Source of the DNA: Octopus sinensis
Taxonomy: Eukaryota
DNA: 64,000 bases
NCBI RefSeq assembly: GCF_006345805.1
Contig: NC_042998.1
Coordinates: 85,870,001 to 85,934,000 of the forward strand
Reading direction: 5' to 3'
The notes below the pieces were generated by a model that saw nothing but the letters and a program-made list of their open reading frames with translations, ran no database searches and had not been told where the DNA came from. Shown piece by piece: positions 50,096 to 62,381 of this stretch (positions within the stretch are counted from its first letter, which is position 1; each line of letters opens with the position of its first letter). The position numbers were made by a program, and so were the translations under genes.

Positions 50096-53000
50096 ACTTA
50101 CTTCATAAAAATGAAGCAAGTAATGAAGCACAACAAACTCAAACCTTAGGAATACATTATGATGAGCAAAATGCACCAAACCAGAACACCACAGACAAAA
50201 ATATGAATGGGAAAGAATGTGGAACAAGCCTAAAAACTGGAAACAGTGAAGGTGGAATCCATGATTATGGTACCCTAAAAATGAGTATAATTAAGGAATT
50301 AAAAGCTACAGATCTCAGTATGAACCACTGACTGTACTCCCAAAAGTTAAAGTTGATAATAAGACAGCAACATTAATAACATAAATCTGACCATCACAGA
50401 ACTAATAAAAACAGAAACATTTGTCAATATGAAAAGGTTAAATGATATAATATATGCAGCAGCTTCTGTGGGCACAAAAGAAGCTGGATACTCCCTCAAA
50501 CCCATCCAAACAGGAGTATCACAATCTAAAAATACTCTATGGAAAAATAATATCCAGAAAAAATTGAAAATAAGAGAAAAGATCTGTCAATCCTTAATGA
50601 TACTAGTAGGCAAACAATACTACTAAGCAACAAGAAGAGAAGAAAAATACTACGGAAATGCAAAATTACAGAACAAGGTATATCTGAGATGAAAGAATAG
50701 CTAAAGCATGATATCCTTGTCAAAGCACAAAGAATCTGTTGGTACAAGACACACCAATGATTCTTTGAACAAAACAAACAGTTCAACTTTAATCCACAAA
50801 GACTCTACTAAGAACTTGGCAAAAATAAGATAGAGATCAATGCAGCACCAACAGCAGAAGTGGAAGAATTTTGGAAAGAAGTATGGTCAGCGAAAGAACA
50901 ACCTCACAAAAGATCTATTGAAATAACTAACACAGCATCTGAACAACTCTAGATGACTATAACAGTGGAAGAAGTCACCCAGGTACTGCAAAGCTAAGCC
51001 ACTGGAAGGCACCTGGACATGACAAGATCCCCAATTTCTGGTTAAATATCTAACAGGAATATATAAGGTGCTGGTCTAGAAATTCAATGAATTACTAGTA
51101 GAGCCAGAGGCAACGCCTGAATAACTCACAGTAGGAATAACTATCCTAATTGCCAAATCCACTGGAATGGCAAACCCACAAAACTACCAACCTATAAATT
51201 CTCTTCTACAATTTACAAAGCCTTAACTGCAATAATATCACAGAGAATGGGCAAATATCTGGAAGAAAACAACTTGTTCCAGAAGAGCAGAAGGGATGCT
51301 GCAAGAGCTCATATGGCAGTTATTGATCAATAAAGCCATAACTGAAGACAGCCAAAAGAAAAAGAAGGGTTTAAGCTTGTCTTAGATCGATTATTGAAAG
51401 GATTTTGACAATATTGCTCACACATGGATCCTAGAAACACTAGCCATAAACAAGATAGTACCTATAATCATAAAAACTATAAAACATTCCATGACAGGGA
51501 GTGTTCCAGACAGAAGAGGAATGCATAAAAACTAAAGCCATTCCCATTAGAAGAGGAATATTCCAGAGAGACATGCTCTTTGCACTCGTTTTCTAACTGG
51601 CACTGACACCTTTATCTTGCATGCTAAACAGAACTGGATGTGGATACAACTGTTACAGTAAAACAATCAACCATCTATTGTATACGGATGATCAAAAAAA
51701 CTGTATGCTGCAAATGACAAACAGCTCAAAACATTACTACAGACAGTGCATGGATTTACCAAAGAAATAAACATAAATTCAGCTTAGAAAAATATGCCAA
51801 AGCAACCTTGAAAAGAAGAAAACTAGTTAAGAGTAACAATACCACACTAGATAAAGCAAATGAAATAAGAGAATTAGACCAAAGCCATACATACAAATAC
51901 TTAGGAATCAATGAACTAGATACAGTACAACACACAACTGGAAGAGAATATGAGGAGAGAATACTGTTGATGAGCTAGATTAATACTTAAAACAGCAAAA
52001 TGTGAAAAACAAGATTACAGATATCAACACACTAGCCAGCCTAGTTATAAGTTACAGTTACAATAATCTTACTTTGATTCTAAATGAACTCATCAAAATA
52101 GACTGGGAAACAAGAAAAATACTGACAGAATTTAGGATGCACCACTCAAAATCTGACATAGGAAGGTTATATATACAATGTATTGAAGGTGGTAGAGGCC
52201 TCGTACAGGTAGAAAAGTATTATAAAATAACTACCAAAGGATTACTGAAATACTTTCTTCAGAAGCAAGGGAAACTGATACAAAACATGAGCAAAACAAA
52301 AAACTGTTTTCTGTCTTTAAGGAAGCTGAAAAATACAAGAAAGAAGTCATAGTACCTGCCAACTATGAAGAAAATGAAGAAACAACAAAAGCTGTAAAAC
52401 AACTGAAATCCAAACTGAAACTGGAGCAACACAGTATCAAGATGGAAAAAAAAATGGCAAGAAAAGCCCCTACAAGGGAAATATTTGGTTAAGCTAACAG
52501 AAAAGAAATAGACAAAACAAAATCCCAACAATGGTTGAGAAGCTCAGGACTCGAAGCAGGGACTAAAGAATTTTTAATTGCAGCACAAGACAAAAGCCTC
52601 CCCACCAGAAATCACCAAAAACACATAATGAAAAGAAATACAAAAAATAACTGCAGAATATGTGGTGATGGAGAAGAAACAATAAATCCTGTCTCTGGCT
52701 GCCAAGTCCTGGTTAAGAAGAAATATATCCATAGATATGACAGAGTTGGGACCTATATACACTGGAAACTATGCCAACACTATGGAAAGCCAACAGAGAA
52801 AAGATGGTATAGGAACACCTCAGAAAAGGTCACAGAAAATGAGAAAGCAACCATACTCTGGGATATACCAATACATACAGATAGAGAAATTGAAGCTAAT
52901 AGACTGGATATATTTGCAGAAATCACAAAAAAAATGCCTTCTAATTGATGTATCAACACCAACAGATGACAATGTATCTCTAAAAGAGGCAGGGAAACTC

Positions 53001-53320
53001 TCAAAATACAAAGACTTGGAAATAGAGGTAACATGAATGTAGAGCCTAAAAACAGAAACAATTCTTATAATAGTAGGTGCATTAGGTATAATTAAAAAAA
53101 CATTCAGACAAATACATAACCAAAACATCAAGACTCACAAGTGTATATAACATACAGAAAATAGCACTACCAGGCATTGTACACATTCTGCATAAAGCAC
53201 TTTCAATACAGTGAAAACAAGAGTACCACAACAAATCACAGTACATACTCAAGGCACACAGAATTGCACTTGGTAGCACAGTGAAAGCACGTGATAAAAA
53301 TTACATTACTAAATAAAAAT
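50096..53320 (+). mobile_element. Long decayed Dong-type LINE (same lineage as 26960-30750)
   Basis: Colinear similarity from the N-terminal region through RT (including the segment deleted in the 27-kb copy) to REL and 3' UTR; many stops and frameshifts. Confidence 0.9.
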
Positions 53321-53499
53321 GATAACAATAATCCTTTCTACTATAAGCACAAGGCATGAAATTTTTTGTGAGGTGTTTAGTTGATTACATTGACTCCAGT
53401 ACAGAACTGGAGCTTGTTTTATCAACCCTGAAAGGCTGACAGGCAAAGTTGACCATGGCAAACAACAACAACCAGCCAACAGAGCTGATAGCTATTTGA

Positions 53500-54290
53500 T
53501 AGATAAGGGAATTAAGGATGTGAAAATATCCTTGATATCTTCATATCTAATTAAGGATAAGAAAGGGGAAACTTTTGGATCATCAGGAATCACTGCTGAA
53601 ATGCTTAAGATATCTGATGGAGTAGGATATGGCCTAGTCACTCGTATAGTTAATCAGGTTTTCCAGAAAGGTGTCATCCCTAATGACTGGTGTAGTAGTA
53701 TTGTTGCTACAAGGTTAAAAGTGATGCCTTAGATACAAACAACTATAGAGGTATCAAACTGCTGGACCAGGTCATGAAAGTTACAGAGAGAGTTATAGCT
53801 CAATAGATTAGGAATAAAATTAAACTACATGATGCAGTTTGATTTAATGCCTGGGAAGAATACCAGAGATTCTATCTTTCTGGTGAGACAGCTTCAGAAT
53901 TATCTGGTCAAAGGTAAACCATTGTATTTGGTTTTCATTGATCTGGAGAAAGCTTTTGACAGAGTTCATTGCTCTGCTATCTGGTGGTCTCTAAGGAAGT
54001 TAGAAGTAGATTAATGGTTTGTTAGAGCTGTAGAAGCCATGTATAGTGGTGTTGCCAGTAGGGTGAGTGTGTTGGCCATGAGTTCAGTGACAGATTTAGT
54101 GTACAAGTAGGAGTTCACAGAGATTAGTTCTTAGTCTTCTTTTATTCATTATAGTCCTCCAGGCCTTAAAGTAGGAATTTCAAACTGACTGCCTGTGGGA
54201 ACAACTATATGTTGATGACCTTGCTCTTTTAACAGAATCTGTTGTGAAATTGGAGAAGAAATTCCAGGTATGGAAGCAAAACCTGGAAAC
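53500..54290 (+). mobile_element. RTE LINE reverse-transcriptase remnant
   Basis: GSSGITAEMLK, NYRGIKLLDQVMKV, LYLVFIDLEKAFDRV, WEQLYVDDL. Confidence 0.85.
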
Positions 54291-54439
54291 AAATTTCAGT
54301 ATTTAGAATCAGATATTTGCTTTTGATAAATGTATCCTTGCTCACAACATTTGAAATAATACTCAGAATGTCATTACAGAAATAATATCTACAAGAAGAC
54401 ACAAAACCCTGTTAGTTACATTTTTAACGATTGTTAAAG

Positions 54440-55260
54440 AGGTTTCATTCCCATTTTACTCCATGCAGGCCTAGAAAAATAAATATAAATAATGCAAAAC
54501 ACTGTGAATTAGGGACCATGGATCATTTGATAAAGGACCACACAGAGGGAATAAATTTTAAAATTTTATTTCTTATTATTGACTATCACAGTCTGCAGAG
54601 TGTTTTAGCATTATAATTAATCTTCTCTCTTCGTTCCTTTGTCCCACATGGGCTCAACTCCACTCCTCTCTTCATCTCACACCTACTTCCAATCTTCATT
54701 CTCACCCACCTTCTCCCTTCATCGATACCCCCTCCATCCACACCTCACCCTTACATATCCCTCTCCCATATACCCCACCCCTACCCCAAACTCACACCCG
54801 CCCTCACATCCCCACACTCCAACACATCACACCACACCACATCATGCCATCCCCACACACTAGCACTGACCACTTCCCAGCATCCACACCATCATCCACA
54901 CACTCACACATTACAGACACACACACTCACTTATACACACACATCCACAAATCAAAGCCACCAGCCCCTTTCCACATGTACACACACACTCTCACATATA
55001 TACGTATGTGCACCTTAGTTTTGGGATCACCAATACTTTATTAAGTCCCCTTCTTACCAGCTCTCCTGTCTAACTACTGTCATCCAGCCATGATTGACTG
55101 CTAGCTCCAAAAGTTTTTATATTCTCTCTCTGTTTATTTCCTCATATTCCTTTTTGTTGAAACGTAAAAGACTTTCTCACCTTCGCGAGCATTAAACTAA
55201 TACACCTGTTTGTTGTTTATACACATGTCTTCATCTTTTTTTTTTCTGCAAATTTCAACT
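54440..55260 (+). mobile_element. Probable Penelope-like element 3' region (same tail family as 59222-59590)
   Basis: 55090-55260 matches the reverse complement of 59411-59590; a weak DH...H...F.IL GIY-YIG-like trace at 54500-54570. Confidence 0.45.
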
Positions 55261-55262
55261 AT

Positions 55263-55480
55263 ACTCTTTACTCTTTTACCCTTTTACTTGTTTCAGTCAT
55301 TTGACTGTGGCTATGCTGGAGCACCGCCTTTAGTCAAGCACATTGACCCCCAGGACTTATTCTTTGTAAGCCTAGTACTTATTCTATCGACTCTTTTGCC
55401 GAACTGCTAAGTTACGGGGACATAAACACACCAGCATCAGTTGTCAAGCGATGTTGGGGGGACAAACACAGACACACAAA

Positions 55481-55527
<47 letters not shown>

Positions 55528-55701
55528 ATACATATATACGATGGTCTTCTATCGGTTTCCGTTTACCAAATCCACTCACAAGGCTTTGGTTGGCCCGAGG
55601 CTATAGTAGAAGACACTTGCCCAATATGCCATGCGGTGGGACTGAACCCGGTACCATGCAGTTGGTAAGCAAGCTACTTACCACACAGCCACTCCTACGC
55701 C
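55263..55701 (-). mobile_element. Full-length CORE-type SINE
   Basis: Complete head-to-tail match to the 7437-7887 copy. Confidence 0.9.
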
Positions 55702-56381
55702 TATATATAAAAAGCATCTACTAAACTCTCAGAGTGGTTGGCGTTAGGAAGGGCATCCAGCTGTAGAAACCATACTAGATCAGATTGGTGGCTGGTGCAG
55801 CCTTCTGGCTTGCCAGTCCTCAGTCAAACCATCCAACCCATGCCAGCATGGAAAGTGGACGTTAAATGATGATGATGATTTTGATGATGATGATGATGAT
55901 GATACACAAACATATATATACATACACACACACACATATTATACACACACACCCACATACATAATAAATGTATTGTAAATATATTTAGTGTAAATATATG
56001 TATTGTAAATACACAAACGACAAGTAAAAAATGTATAATGCATATTGAGTACACAAAGGGATGGAAGAAAGACACAGAAGGTTCATAGTTCTTCATCAGT
56101 TATCAACCAGATGGTATTGCTCAGTTTCACATAATTAATAATAAGACTGAGGGGCTTCCAATGCTGGTGGTGCCCACAAGCTGTGGAGAATATAGGTCCG
56201 AGAGCAAACAGTGCATGGATAACAATGTGTCTGTTTTACATCCGTTTGTGCACTCAGTATACGTCATATGATTGCTATTTGTTGGCTTTGTATTACAATA
56301 CATTTTTTAACTTTTTAAGAAATCGAATGCAACACACCCAGGCTTTTATTAACAGTAAGTTATTTATATATATATATAAAT

Positions 56382-56866
56382 AAGTATAATAGATACAATA
56401 GAAAAGGTTCAAATCAGGCAGACTACGATTAACACATACATATACGGGTTGAATTAGGATAAAATGAGGATTGTCAAATCTGAAACGTAAATTTATATAT
56501 TAAAAATATATGACTATTAAAAATATACATGGACATATAGATATATAGATGTGTAAACATAATAACAATAGAATATAGATAAAAATAATTATGGAATATA
56601 GACAGTAATAGGCTATAAAAACCCTTTTTAATGCTCTCTTTTATTCTTTTATTTGTTTCAGTCATTTGACTGTGGCCATGCTGGAGCACCGCCTTTAGTC
56701 AAGCAAATCGACCCCAGGACTTATTCTCTGGAAGCCTAGTACTTATTCTATCGGTCTCTTTTGCTGAACTGCTAAGTTACGGGGATGTAAACACACCAGC
56801 ATCGGTTGTCAAGTGATGTTGGGGTGGGGGACAAATACAGACACACAAACATATACACATACACAC

Positions 56867-56897
<31 letters not shown>

Positions 56898-57338
56898 CAC
56901 ACATATATACAACAGGCTTCTTTCAGTTTCCGTCTACCAAATCCACTTACAAGGCCCGAGGCTATAGTAGAAGACACTTGCTCATGGTGCCACTAAGTGG
57001 GACTGAACCCAGAACCATGTCGTTGGTAAGCAAGCTACTTACCACACAGCCACTCCTACACCTATTACTTTCTCTATATTATATTTTGAATTTTTTAAAA
57101 ATCTCTTTTTTTTATATTCCACTATTATTTTTATCTATATTCTATTATTGTTATGTTTACTTATCTATATATCTATATGTCCATGTATATTTTTATATTT
57201 CTATATTTTTATATTTCTAATATATCAATACATGTTTCAGATTAGACAGTTCTCATTTTATCCTAATTAAACTCATGTATGTATGTGTTAATCGCAGTCT
57301 GCCTGATTTGAACTTTTTCTGTTGTATCTATTATACTT
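56382..57338. repeat. Foldback element (arms 56382-56612 and 57061-57338) with a CORE-type SINE (56634-57062, -) at its centre
   Basis: AAGTATAATAGATACAATAG..CAAATCAGGCAGACT..ATTAACACATAC pairs with the reverse complement at 57230-57338. Confidence 0.8.
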
Positions 57339-57424
57339 GTCTAGCGACTCGAATTTGATTTGAGCACTTCTACACTATCTATGTTTCTCAAAAGAAAATT
57401 ATAATTATATATATATATAGTGCT

Positions 57425-59143
57425 AGTAGAGTGCTAGGAGCACCATCCGAGCTTGAGCATTGCCAGAGCAACAAACTGGCTTCCATGCGGGTGGCATGTA
57501 AAAAGCACCATTTGAGCGTGATCGTTACCAGCATCACCTTACTGGCACTTGTGCTGATAGCACGGGAAAAAACATTCAAGCGAGGTCATTTCCAGTGCTT
57601 CTGGACTGGCTCCTGTGCAGGTGGCTTGTAAAAAACACCATTTGAGTGAGGCCATTGCCAGTAATGCCTGACTGGCCCTCATTCCGGTGGCACGTAAAAG
57701 CACCCACTACACTAAGGTTTGACTGGGCACTGGTGAGCCAGATGGCTGCACCAGGCTCCAATCTGATCTGGCAGAGTTTCTACAAATGGATGCCCTTCCT
57801 AACACCAACCACTTCGAGAGTGTAGCGGGTGCTTTTACATGCCACCGGCACAAGGGCCAGTCAGGCAATACTAGCAATGGCCACACTCAAATTGTGCTTT
57901 TTATGTTCCACTTGCACAGGAGCCAGTCCAGCGGCACTGGCAACGACCTCACTTGAATGTTTTTTCACGTGCTACCAGCACAAGTGCCACTAAGGTGACG
58001 CTGGTAATGATTAAGCTCGAATGGTGCTTTTTACGTGCCACCAGCACAGAAGTCAATTTGCTGCGCTGGCAATGATCACACTCGGATGGTGCTCTTAGTG
58101 CTCCACAAGCACAGTGCCAGTCATCGAATTTGATTTCAATTTCACTTGCCTCACAAGCAGAGTTTAGTGTCTAGTGAATGAAAGGTATGCATAAGTGGGC
58201 TGGTTACATCCCTGGCATAGGCTTGTCGGGTCTTCTCAAGCACAGCATATTTCCAAAGGTCTCGCTCACTAGTCATTGCCTCAGTGAGGCCTAATGTTCG
58301 AAGGTCGTGCTTCACCACTTCACCCCAGGTCTTCCTGGGTCTTCCTCTTCCACAGGTTCCCTTAACTGCTAGCGGGTGGCACTTTTTAACAAAGCTATCC
58401 TCGGCCATTCTCGCCACATGACCATACCAGCACAGTCATCTCTCTTGCACACCACATCTGATGCTTCTTAAATCCAACTTTTCTCTCAAGGTACTTAGAC
58501 TCTGTCGAGTATGCACACTGACATTATACATCCATTGGAGCATACTGGCTTCATTCGTTGCAAGCTTACACATGTCCTCAGCAGTCACAACCCATGTTTC
58601 ACTGCCATGTAGCATGGCTGTTCGTACATATGAATCATACAGTCTACTTTTTACTCTGAGGCCCTTTGTCACCAGCAGAGGTAGGAGCTCTCTGAACTTT
58701 GCCCAGGCTCTTCTTATTCTAGCAGCTACACTTTCAGCACACCCTCACCTGCTACTGACTTGGTCACCTAGGTATCTGAAACTATCAATTACTTTAAGTT
58801 TTTCTCCCTGGAATGTGGAAGAAGTTGTTCTCTGCACATTTTCAGTGTTTATTGTTCCTGAGCATCTGCCACATACAAAAATCTATCTTCCCAGTTAGCC
58901 TTCCTTTGATATTGCTACACCTCTTGTGTCCATAGATTACACTGGGTACATTTATAGAGTTTCTACCTATGCCTTTTCTACAGATCAAGCAGGGCCATCT
59001 ACCTGAAGTGATTTGTGGTTTGCTTGCCTTCCTAGGTTCACTTTAAGGCTCTTCGATTCTAATCCTTGTTTCCACACCTGAAACTTCTCTAGTTCTGATA
59101 GTGATTCAGCAATTAGAGAAAGGTCGTCAGCATATAGGAGCTC

Positions 59144-59145
<2 letters not shown>
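57425..59145 (-). mobile_element. 5'-truncated RTE LINE (57720-59145, -) abutting an inverted copy of its 3' UTR (57425-57712, +)
   Basis: WELLYADDLSLIAESL, MLHGSETWVVTAED, GRGRPRKTWGEVVKHDLRTLGL; UTR repeats present in both orientations. Confidence 0.85.
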
Positions 59146-59179
<34 letters not shown>

Positions 59180-59321
59180 GTATACATATATATAGTTATA
59201 AATAGTTTTATATATATATATAAACGTAAAAGACTTTCTCACTTCCTGAGCGTTAAACAAATACATCTGTTAGTTGTTTACACACCTGTCTTCGTCTTTT
59301 GTTTGTTTTTTTGTAAATTCC

Positions 59322-59365
<44 letters not shown>

Positions 59366-59513
59366 GTATACATATATATAGTTATAAATAGTTTTATATA
59401 TATATATATAGTTGGAATTTACAAAAAAACAAACAAAAGACGAAGACAGGTGTGTAAACAACTAACAGATGTATTTGTTTAACGCTCAGGAAGTGAGAAA
59501 GTCTTTTACGTTT
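59146..59513. repeat. A-B-A-B' structure: perfect 103-bp inverted repeat (59222-59324 and 59411-59513) plus a direct repeat of a TA-rich spacer
   Basis: Base-by-base comparison shows B identical to the reverse complement of B'; spacer core CATATGTATACATATATATAGTTATAAATAGTTTT occurs in 59146-59221 and 59325-59410. Confidence 0.95.
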
Positions 59514-59538
59514 CAAGCCTACGCTCTTCAGCAGAAAG
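59503..59538 (-). ncRNA. Candidate minimal type-I hammerhead ribozyme, variant core
   Basis: Minus strand CUUU-CUGCUGA-A-GAGC(GUAG)GCUU-GAAA-C-GUA|AAAG: stem I CUUU/AAAG, stem II, GAAA, palindromic ACGU in place of stem III; A6 is replaced by C. Confidence 0.5.
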
Positions 59539-59679
59539 GAACACACAAATAAACAGACAGAGAAAATAAAAACGGCTTAGTGGCTAGTGATCAATCATGT
59601 TTGTTTCAGCTCAAAGCTGTGGCCATGCTGGGGCACTACCATTTTGCTACACTGTTATTATTGAGAGCTTCCTCTTATA

Positions 59680-60030
59680 TATGGCATTTGGTGAATAAGG
59701 GAGTTTGATGTCGCTACCTTCATTTGCACCTCTTGCTGCAAGGTAGGTTCATTTGGGTCTCTTGACAGGAAGAGGTCCAGTTTTGATTTGAAAGCACCTA
59801 TATCCACTTTGTGTAGGTCCTCAGGCTCTTTGAGAGAATATTAAAAAGCTGTGGTCCCCTGAAACCCAGGCTGTTGCAGTAACTGGTACTGAAGCGTGAG
59901 GGCATTGCTGGGATCTTTTGCAGTGACGACCTGTTTTGGCATTGGTGTAGCTTTCATTGTCAAAATTTGGCACAATTCCTTCCAAGATCTTCCAGACATA
60001 TATTACTGCATACCTCTTCCACCTTCACTC
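59680..60030 (-). mobile_element. CR1/L2-group LINE C-terminal remnant
   Basis: ..RYAVIYVWKILEGIVPNF...TGRHC...AFKSKLDLFL..PNEP..SNSLIHQ. Confidence 0.7.
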
Positions 60031-60590
60031 CTGGGAGTGAAGGCGGGAGAGATATTTAATCTAAAATATACTCTTCATTTTTTACAATGCTCTTCTATCT
60101 ATCTGGTAGACTTTCAAGACCCCTCTTGCAAAATTCATGTGTTCATGATGTAAAATACTCCTCTAGTATTGTTCTTACCTCGTCTACAAAATTCATATTT
60201 TTTCCATCCAAATGATTTTGAAGACTGTAGAATAAATAATAATCAGATGGAGCAATCTTCAGCAAATATGGTGGGTGGGGCATCATTTCCCATTGAAACT
60301 GCTCCAGCCTTTGGAATGTCATCCTCACTGTATGTGGCCAAGTATTATCCTAATGGAAGAACACCTTTCATCTTGAAAACCAAAGATGGTTGTTTTTCTT
60401 CTGGTGCTGACTTGAATGACTTGTTTAATGACCAAATCCATGCTTCTCTGCTAGTTTCTCAACAGTTATGATGGGATTTTGTTCCACCAGAATTTGTAGG
60501 ACATCCCTGTCGAGCTCTACAGATCTTTCAGAACAAGGCTCATCTTCTAGGTTGTAGTTTCCCGCTCAGAATTTCTGGAATCACTGTTGA
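60030..60590 (-). mobile_element. Internally deleted mariner
   Basis: GNYNLEDEPCSERSVELD..LVEQNP (N-terminal HTH) joined to HPPYLLKIAPSDYYLFYSLQNHLDGK. Confidence 0.85.
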
Positions 60591-60689
60591 CACTTAGATA
60601 ACTTAGATAACTTAGATATGTTTTGACCAAAGATTGGTCCAGGCCATATCTAACTTAATAGCACCACCTGATAGGATTATTCGAATCCT

Positions 60690-61080
60690 GTTTAAGTCAA
60701 GTTTTGTTTAAGTCAAGTTTTGTTCAAGTAGTGAGTTCTTGTTGGGTGAATTGTATCCAATTATGGGTGGCTTATCTGGTATTCTTTGAAGGAATCTATC
60801 CAGACTCCGTTTAAAGTTGATGGGATACTTTTCCTCTTTGATCTCCCTCGGGACAATGTTAAATAGGGCAGGGCCTGTTGAGGAAAAGAAATTATGTTGC
60901 AGTGTACATGTATGTTGTGATCTTGAATTGGGCAGGGGACGTATGGCCTGTGGTCCCAGTCTTGGATGAACCTTGAAGCTAATGTTAAGGTTGTTTGGGC
61001 AAAGTTGGCGGTATATTCTCCACATCGTACAAATGATGTACCGCTCACGGTGACGCTGGAGGGAGTAAAGTTTCAAGGCT
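60690..61080 (-). mobile_element. CR1/L2-group LINE 3' end with a 16-mer tandem tail
   Basis: LKLYSLQRHRERYII..WRI..LCPN...GPALFNIVPREI..FKRSLDRFLQRIPDKP..GY..NSLLEQ. Confidence 0.8.
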
Positions 61081-61514
61081 TTTATTGCATTTATTGTCTG
61101 ATCCCCATATACTACATTAATATTCCTTACACTTTCCGTTGTTGCCTTTATTGAACTCATAAAGCAAAATATACCAGATATGCACCTTTGTCACGTCCAT
61201 TATAACTTGAAAAAATAACTTTTAAAATTGAACTGCACTCTTCAAAATTAGCACTAAGAATAAGGACAAAATAAATTACTACCTGCTTTATAGCAAGTTG
61301 ATGCAGGTACTTTATCCATCCCCCTCTGGCTATTAGTTCATGCAATTGAAAAAACCACATTATTTACAGGATGACACAATATTTGTGTAATAATTAAATT
61401 ATGTTATTAATTGTGTTTTGTTATGCACATAATTCCCTGGTCTGGGATGCAAAAAAGTTTGGGTGGGGGTGGGAGGCGCTGCTAAAAATGATAATAGTAG
61501 TAGTAGTAACTAAT

Positions 61515-61720
61515 AATTATTTCTACTCTAGGTGCAAGGCCTTGAAAGGGGGCTAGTCGATTATATTGACCCCAGTACGTAACTGTTACTTATTTCATCG
61601 ACCCCCAAAAGGATGAAAGGCAAAATTGACCTCAGCAGAATTTGAACTCAGAACGTAGTGGCAGATGGGATGCTGCTAAGCATTTCACCAGTGTGCTAAT
61701 GATTCTGCTAGCTCACCAGC
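61515..61720 (-). mobile_element. Meta-domain-like tRNA SINE (best-preserved copy)
   Basis: Reverse complement GTTCTGAGTTCAAATTCTGCTGAGGTCAATTTTGCCTTTCATCCTTTTGGGGGTCGATGAAATAAGT. Confidence 0.75.
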
Positions 61721-61864
61721 TTCCTATAGCAACAGTAATAATAGCATTACATAGCCTGTGTTAAAACAATGTCTGTAGTGCTTGTATTGTAAAGTGGTTG
61801 ATGATAGGAAGGTATCCAACTATGGAAATCCTGTCTAAAGACATAGTACCTGATCTGTCTAAGG

Positions 61865-62381
61865 CAGGGATCACCAAACTTTTTACATGGTGAGCATGAT
61901 AACAGAGAGAATGACGAGCATGGGCCACATAACCATTTTGTTCAATACAATACAGTGAATATACAAAAAATAAAGACAACCGACATATTTATTTACCAAA
62001 AAGCTATCAAAGATGGTGACATTAGCAATAATATCACACTAAGTGTACACATATCTGAATCTCACAAACTAAGCAGCAAAAAGGTTAGTGAGATGTGTGA
62101 AACTGGTGTTTAGCTTTTAAGATGTCATCGATGTTTACTTTGGAATTACTGCATCCAACCAAGAGAATTGCTTTCAAATGTTTATCAGTCAACCTCAGCC
62201 GATGTGCTGACTTCACATACTTCATTTTTGAAAATGTTTGCTCATAGACATAAGTTGTTCTTAACACTGATGCCAACTCTCATTGCAGGTACTTACACAA
62301 AAGGTGCAGGGCAGCAGTGGGCTGGATGAACTGATCTCACAGGCTGAATCCAGCCCATGGGCTGTAGTTTGGTGACACCTG
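61865..62381 (-). mobile_element. hAT (Buster/Charlie/SPIN-like) internal-deletion derivative, 517 bp
   Basis: TIRs CAGGGATCACCAAACT and CAGGTGTCACCAAACT (14/16); perfect 8-bp TSD GTCTAAGG at 61857-61864 and 62382-62389; dimerisation-domain remnant TTYVYEQTFSKMKYVKSAHRLRLTDKHL...SH*. Confidence 0.95.
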
